The notes under the pieces are model-generated. The model saw only the letters and a list, made by a program, of their open reading frames with translations, had not been told where the DNA came from and did not search any database. Made by a program: the position numbers and the translations under genes. A stretch of 64,000 bases of DNA from an uncultured Actinomycetes bacterium (GTDB lineage: Bacteria > Actinomycetota > Actinomycetes > S36-B12 > UBA10799): the NCBI GenBank assembly GCA_946803585.1, contig CAMPEQ010000005.1, forward strand, positions 91,607 through 155,606, written 5' to 3'. Position 1 is the stretch's first letter. Every line of letters begins with the position of its first letter. Positions 10,135 through 19,064 of this stretch are shown piece after piece.

Positions 10135-10613
10135 CACGCGCGTCCACCTCCTTTCAAAGAAGGTGTCTGGCCGGTAGCAAAGCGATAGGTCACTGCGGAA
10201 CCACCCTCTGGCAGCGGCGGGGTCACATTGACGTTCAGCCACGACGTCGTGTCCCCGACAGTTCGGGTGGCAGAAATACTCATTCCTGCATCAGCAGTCG
10301 GTGAGACCTCATCCACCCAACCCGCAGCCTGTAGCTCCTGGGTTAACTCCGCACTCACGCTCGCAACATCTGCCGTTGGTGAGGCAAGGGCGACCGCGGA
10401 CCAGCCAGTCGCCTGCGATTCCTTCGATGTGTTTGGCCCGTCAATCACCGATCCGCCGACCGGTAGCGGTATGCCATCTGGCAACTCTGGTGCCGTCGTC
10501 GTACTAGCTGAGACGCTCGCTGTGGCCTCGGGTGTCGCCTGCGGTGAGCCGCACGCAGCGATTCCAACACAAGCAATGCTTAGCCCCAGCATCATGAGGG
10601 CAGGGCGCATCAT
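10134..10613 (-). CDS. Lipoprotein of unknown function, translationally coupled to the PBP
   Basis: Start trimmed to MMRPALMMLGLSIACVGIAACGS (signal peptide plus lipobox IAAC). ATGA overlap with the upstream gene; its stop overlaps the PBP ATG. Confidence 0.6.
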   Translation of the reverse strand: MMRPALMMLGLSIACVGIAACGSPQATPEATASVSASTTTAPELPDGIPLPVGGSVIDGPNTSKESQATGWSAVALASPTADVASVSAELTQELQAAGWVDEVSPTADAGMSISATRTVGDTTSWLNVNVTPPLPEGGSAVTYRFATGQTPSLKGGGRA

Positions 10614-11980
10614 GGCGCTGGTACCGGGGCCGGGGGTGGGCCAGGAACAACGCCAGTGACCGCTGCGGCTTGCCACGCCGCAACAGAAGTGTCGTAAGCC
10701 GCCTTGGCTTGAGCTGTCGTGGCTCGCGCATTTGATACCGCCGCGTAGTAGGCATTCCAATCAGCTTGGATCTTCGCCGCTTTCAACCACTCCGCGCGCT
10801 CCTGCGGCCAGGCGACGGTCTCAACGAGTGCCTGCCCCTGCTTCTTCGTGTCCTTAATCAACTGGCTCAGGATCTCCTGCTGGGCTTGCTGGTTGACCTC
10901 TTCCTCTGTCACGACTGGGCTCACGGTCGCGGTGAAGGACCACCCGCAGCCGGGACCATCAGTATCGACCGCAGGGGCTGTCGCAACGGAGTTCTTCTGC
11001 TCAAAGTCCGGTAGTTGGGGTTCATCCCCGAGCGCACCACTGGGCTGGGAGCTACTTGGGCCGACGATCTTGGCTGGATCAACGAGTACCGGTGCTGCAC
11101 CGCGCGGGGCGGTTGAAGTATCGGCTGATATTGGCGTACCAGGAGGAGGTAGGACCAGCGGCGCCCATTGCGGATAGGAGACCCCGCCGGGCCCCCGCCA
11201 GGTAGCCGTCGGTGACTCCGCTTGGACCAGACGGATCTCCTTCTTGCTCAGTACAGGTGCTGACACGATCGAGGTCTTGACGTCGCGTTGATAGCCGTTG
11301 TAATCCGGCGAGTACGGGTCCCGCGCGGCGAGGTACTTGTCCGAAGTTGAACTCGGATCAATGCAGACCGACGACAGTCGGGCAGGGAGCTCCGTCTTGG
11401 CGCTCTTCATCACCTTGTCTAGAACAGCATCAGGGTCACTGTTCAAGCTACTCGCCGAAGCAACAACCAGTACGTCCCCAAACCGCTGTACCCCAATTGA
11501 CCAAAGACCGTCGCTCGTTGTCGACCCTGTTCGAAACTGATCAAGGTTCTCGGCCGGGTAGACGGGTCCACAGTCCTGTGCTGCTTCAACTAGATCGCTG
11601 TAAGCACCAGCGGCAGCTCCAGCCCGCCAGGCCGCTACCTGCACAGTGAGGGCGGACTGCTTTGTGGCAACGCGAACGGTCTCACTTCGCACCCAACCCT
11701 GTGCCTCTTGATCGCAAACCCGCACGGGGCGCGCTGATGTCGGAGCCGAATCATCAGCAGTCTTGATTGTCTTGGTGACAGCCGTCGAAGCTCCCTGCAC
11801 AACCGCATCGGCCGGGATTGGAATAGCCGACGGCGGCGCAGGCGGGCCGGACTCGATCGGAGCCGGCTCGGGGGCAGCCACCGGATCCGGCGCCGCAGAC
11901 ATGGCGAAGCCGACACTAGCGACAGAAATCAGCGCCAGCGCTCCCCCCATGGCGACATAGGCCAACCGGTGTTGGTTCAC
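10610..11980 (-). CDS. Membrane-anchored/secreted Pro-rich protein with a helical Ala/Gln-rich C-terminus; unknown function
   Basis: 456 aa. N-terminal hydrophobic anchor LAYVAMGGALALISVASVGFAM, Pro-rich linker. C-terminus EEEVNQQAQQEILSQLIKDTKKQGQALVETVAWPQERAEWLKAAKIQADWNAYYAAVSNARATTAQAKAAYD. Confidence 0.6.
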   Translation of the reverse strand: MNQHRLAYVAMGGALALISVASVGFAMSAAPDPVAAPEPAPIESGPPAPPSAIPIPADAVVQGASTAVTKTIKTADDSAPTSARPVRVCDQEAQGWVRSETVRVATKQSALTVQVAAWRAGAAAGAYSDLVEAAQDCGPVYPAENLDQFRTGSTTSDGLWSIGVQRFGDVLVVASASSLNSDPDAVLDKVMKSAKTELPARLSSVCIDPSSTSDKYLAARDPYSPDYNGYQRDVKTSIVSAPVLSKKEIRLVQAESPTATWRGPGGVSYPQWAPLVLPPPGTPISADTSTAPRGAAPVLVDPAKIVGPSSSQPSGALGDEPQLPDFEQKNSVATAPAVDTDGPGCGWSFTATVSPVVTEEEVNQQAQQEILSQLIKDTKKQGQALVETVAWPQERAEWLKAAKIQADWNAYYAAVSNARATTAQAKAAYDTSVAAWQAAAVTGVVPGPPPAPVPAP

Positions 11981-12049
11981 AGGACGAGTGTGCCTCGAAC
12001 TGGACCCAAAAATGGTGACTGCACGCCCCTAAGACTGTTCGAGTCGCGT

Positions 12050-12901
12050 TTAGGTTCCAGCCTCTGTCGGCACCGCTGGCTCGGCTTGACCGGCCAGGAC
12101 CAGCGCCGCACCGAAGGAGACGATGAATCCGGCAATTGCTAGCGGCCAAAGCCCTGCCCGAGCGGTGTCGCCCAAGAAGGCGATTCCGACGATCGAGGGG
12201 ATGATTGTCTCGAGTCCAAATACCAACGCGCTGACCGTCGTCACCGATGCCCGCTGCAGCGCTGAGGCAAACATGAAGATGCCGATAGCCCCGTATAGAA
12301 CGATCGCGTAGGCATCTGGCTGTTGGATCAGCAGCCACCATTGGTCAGGAATCTCCAGACTTCGGGTCGAGATTCCCATCCCGCTAAATGCCAAACCTGC
12401 AACGACGGCAACGGCTACTCCGGCCTTAGCCGCTGGTAATCGCGTTGAGGCTAGGGCCAATATCAAGATAGCGACGACGCCTGCGAGTTCGATCCACCGC
12501 GCGGTCGAGGAGATCTGGGCCGCCTCCGCAGGCTGGGCCGAGACCGCCAAGCAAACCAGCCCAAGGATGAGCCCCGGTACGGCTAGCTTCTCCATCGGGC
12601 TGAGCTTCACCTTCAGGAAGAGCACAGCGAGGATTGCGGTGATGCCGACGCTGCTGGCGAGTAATGCCTCGGAAAGAAACAACGGAAGGAACTGCAACGC
12701 CACGAGGGAGAAAAGGAACCCGACGAAGTCCGCTCCTAACCCCAACAGATACGGCAACTGTTTGAGCATCCGAACAAAGAAGCGTGGGTCAAGGGAACCA
12801 GCAGATTCGGTTCGCGCAGCTGCGTAGGCCTGCAGGATCGAACCAACAGCGAAGAAACTCGCCGCGATTAGTGCGCAAATAATCCCCACTGCCATGGGCA
12901 C
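12050..12901 (-). CDS. Polytopic membrane protein, DMT/EamA-like transporter
   Basis: 283 aa, about 9-10 hydrophobic helices with an internal two-halves pattern. Confidence 0.55.
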   Translation of the reverse strand: MPMAVGIICALIAASFFAVGSILQAYAAARTESAGSLDPRFFVRMLKQLPYLLGLGADFVGFLFSLVALQFLPLFLSEALLASSVGITAILAVLFLKVKLSPMEKLAVPGLILGLVCLAVSAQPAEAAQISSTARWIELAGVVAILILALASTRLPAAKAGVAVAVVAGLAFSGMGISTRSLEIPDQWWLLIQQPDAYAIVLYGAIGIFMFASALQRASVTTVSALVFGLETIIPSIVGIAFLGDTARAGLWPLAIAGFIVSFGAALVLAGQAEPAVPTEAGT

Positions 12902-12974
12902 ATCAAAGCAGAATTGCGCGATCTAAGGACCAGCGATGACCTCCGTTAGTGAGGTACCGCGCGTGGTGACTGAC

Positions 12975-13448
12975 CTACTGCGGCTGCGCGACCGGCGTCG
13001 CTGCCGCCCACTGCATCGGATCATCGAGGGTAAAGGCAATACGTTGCGGGAAATTGTTGCCGTCATTCCAGGCCACGCTGAGCATTGGCCGGGCCCGGCG
13101 CACTGTCTTGCCTAGCACCTCAAAACTCGTCACAGGGACGGCTTCGGTTACCGCCTCGCGCGGGATAACGACGGTGTCCTGCGTGCTGCCAGCGACGAAC
13201 ACCAGCGCCTGCTCCGTGAGTGCGATTGCACCAATTCCCTTGAGCCCGAATCGATCTGGGTCAGTGCATCCCTCGCACGATGCGGCACTCGATAGCAACG
13301 GAAGTCGCCCATGTAGCTCACGAGAAAGGACTTCCGCTCCAGCATTCACCTTGCGAGCGAGCCGAGGGCGCACAATGAAGTAGGTAATACCGAACGCCAG
13401 CACCACGGTGATCAGCAGTGCGCCAAGAATCGTCCACAGAACAACCAT
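12975..13448 (-). CDS. Membrane-anchored small protein (possible PH/GRAM-like C-terminal domain)
   Basis: The track ORF (to 13901) overlaps the pepN start. Trimmed to MVVLWTILGALLITVVLAFGITYFIV (TM anchor) at 13448. Confidence 0.5.
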   Translation of the reverse strand: MVVLWTILGALLITVVLAFGITYFIVRPRLARKVNAGAEVLSRELHGRLPLLSSAASCEGCTDPDRFGLKGIGAIALTEQALVFVAGSTQDTVVIPREAVTEAVPVTSFEVLGKTVRRARPMLSVAWNDGNNFPQRIAFTLDDPMQWAAATPVAQPQ

Positions 13449-13553
13449 GGGCGAGAGTTTGCCAAACCGCCCGTCGGACCTTGCGCACCGCCACGCGGCT
13501 TCCCGCACCGCCTCGCGCAGTGCGTGGCGCGACCAACCTGAAAGACTACGCCG

Positions 13554-16130
13554 GTGACTGATATCGAGAACCTGACCCGGGCCGAGTGCGATAAACGCGC
13601 GGAACTGATCTCCAACGTCGCCTACAGCGTCGAACTGGACCTTACTCAGGCATGCGAACCGGACCCGGCTCCCACCTTTCGGTCCACCACTGTTGTCACC
13701 TTCACCTGCGCCCAGGCAGGTACGGACACGTGGCTGGACTTGATTGCCCCCAACGTTGTCTCCGTCACCCTCAACGACCGTCCACTGACCCCCAGCGAGG
13801 TGTGTGACGGAGCCCGAATCACTCTGCCGGACCTTCAACTCGAGAACACTGTTGAGGTCATTGCCGACTGTGCGTACATGCGTTCCGGGGAAGGCCTTCA
13901 CCGCTTTATTGATCCAGTCGATCGGGAGACCTACCTCTACACCCAGTTCGAGGTCGCCGACGCTCGGCGGGTCTACGCAAACTTTGAGCAGCCCAGCCTG
14001 AAGGCAAACTGGCAGCTAACAGTGCACGCGCCCGATCACTGGCAGATGATCTCGAACTCACCGACGCCGACTCCCTCAACCATGCCCGACTCCTCGGCGA
14101 CTTGGGTGTTCGAGCCGACCCCGAGAATCTCGACCTACATCACCGCTATCGTCGCCGGCCCCTACCATGTCGAACGCGACGAGTACGTCGGCCCCAATGG
14201 TGCCTACCCACTCGGGATTTTCTGCCGCGAATCCCTGGCAGACTCCCTTGATGCCGATGAGATCTTCAACCTCACCAAACAGGGCTTCGCCTTCTATGAA
14301 GAAGCCTTCGCCACGCCCTACCCGTTCGCCAAGTACGACCAGATCTTTGTGCCGGAATTCAACGCTGGAGCAATGGAGAACGCGGGCTGCGTTACCTTCC
14401 TAGAGGACTACGTCTTCAGGTCTCGAGTAACCGACGCCGCCTATGAGCAGCGCTCCAACACGATCTTGCACGAGCTCGCACATATGTGGTTCGGCAACCT
14501 TGTAACGATGCACTGGTGGGACGATCTGTGGCTCAACGAGTCATTCGCCGAATGGGCATCCCACTACGCAAACGTCAACGCGACTCGATTCACCGGTGCA
14601 TGGACGACCTTCCTGAATCAGCGCAAGGCGTGGGCCTACCGACAAGATCAGCTTCCCTCGACCCACCCAATCGCCGCCGACATGGTCGACCTTGACGCGG
14701 TGCGGGTCAACTTCGACGGGATTACCTATGCCAAGGGAGCTGCGGCGTTACGCCAACTCGTTGCGTGGGTGGGCGAGGAAGAATTTGTTGCCGGGCTGCG
14801 CGCCTACTTCGCGACCCATGCTTGGGGGAACACCCGATTCGCTGACCTGCTCGCCGCCCTATCAGCTTCATCCGGGCGAGAACTCGATTCGTGGGCGCAA
14901 CAGTGGTTGCAGACCTCCGGGGTGAACCTGCTGGAACCAGAGGTTCAGGTGGATAGTGCCGGCAACTACGCGAGTGTCATCGTTCGTCAGGATCCGCCGA
15001 ATCAGCCGGAGGGAGTCGCGCCGACGCTTCGCAACCATCGTGTCGCTCTCGGCCTCTACGACCGGGTCGGCGATGAGATCATCCGGCGTCGGCAAGCCGA
15101 ACTCGACCTGGTGGGCAGCGGCGTCGCTGTCACCGAACTCGTCGGAGAACCGCAAGCTGACCTACTGCTAGTCAACGACGACGACCTCACGTTCGCCAAG
15201 ATTCGTCTCGATGAGCGCAGCAGCGAGACCGCAGTGTCCTCGATTGCACAGGTTTCGGATTCGCTGGCTCGCGCACTGATTTGGGGCGCCGGCTGGGATA
15301 TGACCAGGGATGCCGAGATGAGCACCGGCGACTACCTGAAGCTTGTCGTCTCAGGCCTATCCAAAGAGGCGGATGTTGGCGTCGTCTCACAGACCATTCG
15401 ACAGACCCGAGCGGCGCTTGAGCTCTACGCTGCACCGCGAAACCGCACTCCGTACCAACTGATCCTGTCCACATCACTGCGCGACCGCGCATTGACTGAG
15501 ACGCCGGGTAGTGACCACCAGCTGGCTTTCACCAAGGGGTTCATCTCCACGGCAACGGCGGAACCAGACTTGGCGCTGATTTCTGGACTGTACCGGGGTA
15601 CCGAGTCCATCGAGGGTCTCGTGGTCGACACCGACCTACGTTGGCTGCTCCTCACTCGAATGGTGATCACTGATCTAGCTGGCGACGAGGATATTGATGC
15701 CGAACTCCAGCGGGATAACACGGCCACGGGGATTCGACATGCTCAGCTTGTTCGGGCTGCCCGTCCGACTCCGGAGGCCAAGGCGGCAGCGTGGGACTTA
15801 GCTCTCAACGATGAATCGCTGGCCAACCATCTGCTAGCCGCAACGATCGGCGGCATCATGGTGGCCGAGCACCGGGAACTTCTGCGACCGCATGTTGATC
15901 AATACTTTGAGGCGATCACCTCCACCTGGGCAACCCGCACACCAGAGATGGCTCAGCAAATTGTTGCCGGGCTCTACCCGACGCTCCTGGTTGAGCCAGG
16001 CATCATCACCAAGACCGAGGACTACCTGCACGAGACGGCAGACCTAGCCCCGGGAGCACGTCGGTTGATCACCGAGTCGTTGGATTCTGTCTTGCGAGCT
16101 ATGCGCTGCGAAGAGCGAGACTCGCGCTAG
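13554..16130 (+). CDS. pepN: Aminopeptidase N (M1 family)
   Basis: 858 aa. GAMEN exopeptidase motif and HELAHMWFGNLVTMHWWDDLWLNESFAEW zinc motif. Confidence 0.95.
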   Translation: MTDIENLTRAECDKRAELISNVAYSVELDLTQACEPDPAPTFRSTTVVTFTCAQAGTDTWLDLIAPNVVSVTLNDRPLTPSEVCDGARITLPDLQLENTVEVIADCAYMRSGEGLHRFIDPVDRETYLYTQFEVADARRVYANFEQPSLKANWQLTVHAPDHWQMISNSPTPTPSTMPDSSATWVFEPTPRISTYITAIVAGPYHVERDEYVGPNGAYPLGIFCRESLADSLDADEIFNLTKQGFAFYEEAFATPYPFAKYDQIFVPEFNAGAMENAGCVTFLEDYVFRSRVTDAAYEQRSNTILHELAHMWFGNLVTMHWWDDLWLNESFAEWASHYANVNATRFTGAWTTFLNQRKAWAYRQDQLPSTHPIAADMVDLDAVRVNFDGITYAKGAAALRQLVAWVGEEEFVAGLRAYFATHAWGNTRFADLLAALSASSGRELDSWAQQWLQTSGVNLLEPEVQVDSAGNYASVIVRQDPPNQPEGVAPTLRNHRVALGLYDRVGDEIIRRRQAELDLVGSGVAVTELVGEPQADLLLVNDDDLTFAKIRLDERSSETAVSSIAQVSDSLARALIWGAGWDMTRDAEMSTGDYLKLVVSGLSKEADVGVVSQTIRQTRAALELYAAPRNRTPYQLILSTSLRDRALTETPGSDHQLAFTKGFISTATAEPDLALISGLYRGTESIEGLVVDTDLRWLLLTRMVITDLAGDEDIDAELQRDNTATGIRHAQLVRAARPTPEAKAAAWDLALNDESLANHLLAATIGGIMVAEHRELLRPHVDQYFEAITSTWATRTPEMAQQIVAGLYPTLLVEPGIITKTEDYLHETADLAPGARRLITESLDSVLRAMRCEERDSR

Positions 16131-16175
16131 TCTCGCCCGGCAAGGAGGAATACCGAAGAGCGGGACTCGCGCTAG
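16109..16175 (+). repeat. 22-nt direct repeat, 1 mismatch, period 45 nt. Copy 1 is the last 22 nt of pepN including its TAG.
   Basis: cgaagagcgAgactcgcgctag (16109-16130) and cgaagagcgGgactcgcgctag (16154-16175). Each contains a short palindrome (gcgag-a-ctcgc). Confidence 0.8.
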
Positions 16176-16181
16176 GTTGCG

Positions 16182-16592
16182 CTACTCGGGAAGATTCGTG
16201 TGAAGGGAAGGGATCTCGCGCGCATGGTCGGCGAGCACCACGACCCCGTCGCGAAGCCCGGCGGCGATATCTCCGATGGCAAAGCGTGACGTCATCGTCA
16301 GACATGCAAGTCGACAGGCAGGATCGTCCAGGGCCTCACGCAAGTGCGCCCCGGTAATAACTTCCACGACTCGTTGCTCCGGGTCGACAGCGATAAGCGC
16401 AGATCTATTTGGTTCGGGTAGTTGGCGATGAATGGCGATAGCGGAATCGCGGCCATCAACCAGTTTTCCGACATAAGCGACGAACCGGGTCCCAGTGGAT
16501 CGTTCGGCTCGCAGCAGCGCCTTCTCTAGGTCCGCTAGCTGGATTGTCGTGAACGCGGTATCAATCAGGTCACCATCGAGCACTGGCTCCAC
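16182..16592 (-). CDS. DUF5130-like (TPM-domain-like) protein
   Basis: 136 aa. Position next to pepN matches actinobacterial synteny (from memory). Confidence 0.55.
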   Translation of the reverse strand: MEPVLDGDLIDTAFTTIQLADLEKALLRAERSTGTRFVAYVGKLVDGRDSAIAIHRQLPEPNRSALIAVDPEQRVVEVITGAHLREALDDPACRLACLTMTSRFAIGDIAAGLRDGVVVLADHAREIPSLHTNLPE

Positions 16593-16851
16593 CTTCCGCC
16601 GTAATGACTAGGTCAGACGATCGATCCGGGATATCAAGCTCTCCAGTCGCGGTTGCCTGAATCGCGAGCTGCACATCGGTCTCTACCGAGGCATTGATCA
16701 GGACTGGCTCGTAGTTCCAGGACTCACCCGGGCGGTACCGGCCTGCTCTAGTCCAGCCTGGCGCGAGGATAGCCAGCGCAAGCAGCAGCGTCAGGAGGCC
16801 CGGGATTCCAGCGAACACCAGAACCTGTTGAAGTGTCGTTAAATCGTCCAC
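16570..16851 (-). CDS. Small single-pass membrane protein, unknown function
   Basis: 93 aa with one TM (VLVFAGIPGLLTLLLALAILA). Overlaps the downstream ORF start. Confidence 0.45.
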   Translation of the reverse strand: MDDLTTLQQVLVFAGIPGLLTLLLALAILAPGWTRAGRYRPGESWNYEPVLINASVETDVQLAIQATATGELDIPDRSSDLVITAEGGASARW

Positions 16852-16905
16852 CCCGCCACGGTAGCGCCGAACACCTAGCGCGCGCGACTCAAGGTTCGCC
16901 CGCGA

Positions 16906-19056
16906 CTACTTCGATGCGCCGATTGCGGAGATAATCCGAGCCATCTGTCTGCTCTGCGGATAATCCTCGATGAAGATATTGCGGCCCTCGCTGTCAGCCA
17001 ACGGGATCCGCCAGTTCGGGTACTCGTCCTTAGTCCCCGGCTGATTCTGCGTACGACGCTCCCCAACGAGGTCGGCAAGGGAGACCGCGAACAGCTTCGC
17101 CGGAGTCCAGCTGACATACCTATGCAGCGCGGCCACTACCTCCTCGTCACCAGCTCCGGGCCGAAGCAAACCCTGGGTTGTCAGTGCGGTGCGCCACGCA
17201 GCGATCTCAGCGGAATGCTCGGCCCATTCCTGAGCGACAGGTCGATTGAGTAGCCCCAGTTCCTCGCGTAGCTCGACGTGGTTGCCCGCGAGGTAGCCCA
17301 GACTCGGTGGCAAATCGTGGACGGTGACGGATGCCATCGCGTCACCGCGCCAGTTCGCCGGCGGAACCGGTTCGCCATCGGGTCGCTCAAACCACAACAC
17401 CGAGGTGCCCAGGATCCCGCGTTCGGCCAGGAAGGTTCGCACCCACGGTTCGACGGTCCCTAGGTCTTCTCCGACGATGACCGCTCCCGCGCGGGAAGCT
17501 TCGAGAACGAGGATGTCGACCATCGCGCGGTGGTCGTAGCGGACGTATGTGCCCGCTCCGGGCAACTCACCATCGGGTATCCACCACAACCGGAATAGCC
17601 CCAACACGTGATCGATCCGCAGTCCGCCGGAGTGGCGCAACAGGGTGCGCAACATATCCCGGTAGCTCTCGTAGCCGGTAGCGGCGAGGCGATCGGGCCG
17701 CTGAGGTGGCTGGGACCAGTTCTGGCCGATCTGGTTGAACGTGTCCGGAGGAGCACCCACTGTGACCCCACGCGCCATGACGTCGCTGTCGACCCAGGTA
17801 TCTGAACCGAAGCGATGCACACCAACAGCTAAGTCGTGCATGACCCCAATCGACATCCCGCCGTCTTGGGCTGCTTGCTGGGCCGCGGCCATCTGGTCGT
17901 CAACGATCCACTGCAACCAAGCATGGAACTCGATCAGGTCAGCGTGCTGAGTCCGAAAGTTCTCGACTGCCTCGCTGGTGCGTTCTTGTAAGTGCGCTGG
18001 CCATTCATCCCACTGCGGACCGTGCAACTCCGAGATCGCCGACCAGGTCGCAAAGTCCGCGAGTCCCTCGCCTTCCGCTGCCCGGAAGTCGGCGTATTGC
18101 GCCGCGCGGCCCGGTTCCAAGCCCACCTCATGGATCGCCATGAGGGCGAGGCGTTTGGCCGCCCAACTTGAATCGCGATCCAACCTATCTCGCTCGTTGA
18201 GCTCGTCGCGCAACTCTTGTGAGCTCGTGGCGAACGTGGCAATCTGCTCGCTGGAAAGGTAGGAGTACTCCGGGATCTGCTCGATTCGTAGGTACAGCGG
18301 ATTGACGTAGCGCCGTGTAACCGGCAGGTATGGCGAAGGCTCCATCCCGGCCGAGGGAGCGCAGGCGTGTAGGGGGTTCACCAACATGAAATCGGCACCG
18401 TGCTCACGACCAAACCAGGACGCCATATCCGCCAGATCGGCCAAATCGCCAATCCCCCAGGATCGATGCGAACGCGCCGAATACAACTGCGTCGCGACAC
18501 CCCATCCTTGGCGCCCGGTCTGCAAGGACTCCAGCTCGAGGCGTTCAGGCGTCACGATCAGCGCACAGTCACAGACCGCACCATTGACCTCTACCACGAA
18601 CCGATGCCAGCCAGTCGGCAAGTCGCCCGGGATTCGAAAAGTCAACTCGTCAATGGCTTTGCCATTCGACTTCCCCGCTACAACCGGCCGGTTTGTCTGG
18701 GCGATGTCGAAGCGCTTGCCGCCCTCCTCAAGGTCAACCCAGATCCGAACAGCCGCGTCGGGTTCGGCGTGGACCCAGGTCTCCCAGCCCGACTTATCAC
18801 TACCCTGCCGAACGACAAGCGAGGGCGGCGTCACGGCACCCCAGTGGGCGGACTGCAACTTCTTCAGAGCACGCTTACATGCGGCGACACTTGAGGCCTC
18901 GACCCCCATCGCCGCCAAGACTGCCTGCACCGATGCGCGCGCGACGTGCTGGCGGATGCCGACTTGGTCGAGGTACTCGACTGCGACGCCGTACTCGGCA
19001 GCAAGCTGCGCTAGTTCAGGTTCAATCTCGTATGGGTCCAGTGTTGGCGTGGTCAT
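16906..19056 (-). CDS. malQ: 4-alpha-glucanotransferase (amylomaltase, GH77)
   Basis: 716 aa. GH77-type blocks WGIGDLADL, RIDHVLGLFRLWWIP, VIVGEDLGTV, actinobacterial N-terminal extension. Confidence 0.9.
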   Translation of the reverse strand: MTTPTLDPYEIEPELAQLAAEYGVAVEYLDQVGIRQHVARASVQAVLAAMGVEASSVAACKRALKKLQSAHWGAVTPPSLVVRQGSDKSGWETWVHAEPDAAVRIWVDLEEGGKRFDIAQTNRPVVAGKSNGKAIDELTFRIPGDLPTGWHRFVVEVNGAVCDCALIVTPERLELESLQTGRQGWGVATQLYSARSHRSWGIGDLADLADMASWFGREHGADFMLVNPLHACAPSAGMEPSPYLPVTRRYVNPLYLRIEQIPEYSYLSSEQIATFATSSQELRDELNERDRLDRDSSWAAKRLALMAIHEVGLEPGRAAQYADFRAAEGEGLADFATWSAISELHGPQWDEWPAHLQERTSEAVENFRTQHADLIEFHAWLQWIVDDQMAAAQQAAQDGGMSIGVMHDLAVGVHRFGSDTWVDSDVMARGVTVGAPPDTFNQIGQNWSQPPQRPDRLAATGYESYRDMLRTLLRHSGGLRIDHVLGLFRLWWIPDGELPGAGTYVRYDHRAMVDILVLEASRAGAVIVGEDLGTVEPWVRTFLAERGILGTSVLWFERPDGEPVPPANWRGDAMASVTVHDLPPSLGYLAGNHVELREELGLLNRPVAQEWAEHSAEIAAWRTALTTQGLLRPGAGDEEVVAALHRYVSWTPAKLFAVSLADLVGERRTQNQPGTKDEYPNWRIPLADSEGRNIFIEDYPQSRQMARIISAIGASK

Positions 19057-19064
19057 GTAGATGC

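Noticed and set aside
12975-13901. 308-aa ORF as given in the track
   Set aside because: Its 5' 150 codons overlap the pepN start on the opposite strand and look non-protein-like. The gene was trimmed to the internal Met preceding a clean TM anchor (13448). N-terminal trims were applied for the same reason at 10242->10134, 10760->10613, 20990->20942, 29351->29315, 39832->39781, 40891->40828 and 52065->52143.
16128-16175. Programmed TAG read-through extending PepN by 15 residues
   Set aside because: No read-through context or recoding signal was recognised. A duplication relic or terminator pair is the simpler explanation.
18386-19060. Long antisense or alternative-frame ORFs inside confident genes (e.g. 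18386..19060 +, 2576..3133 -, 25980..26531 -, 58876..59685 -, 43235..43777 -, 54239..54712 -)
   Set aside because: They are Arg/Pro/Ser/Ala-rich, motif-free translations fully nested in genes with clear family motifs. This is the usual open-frame artefact of high-GC DNA.
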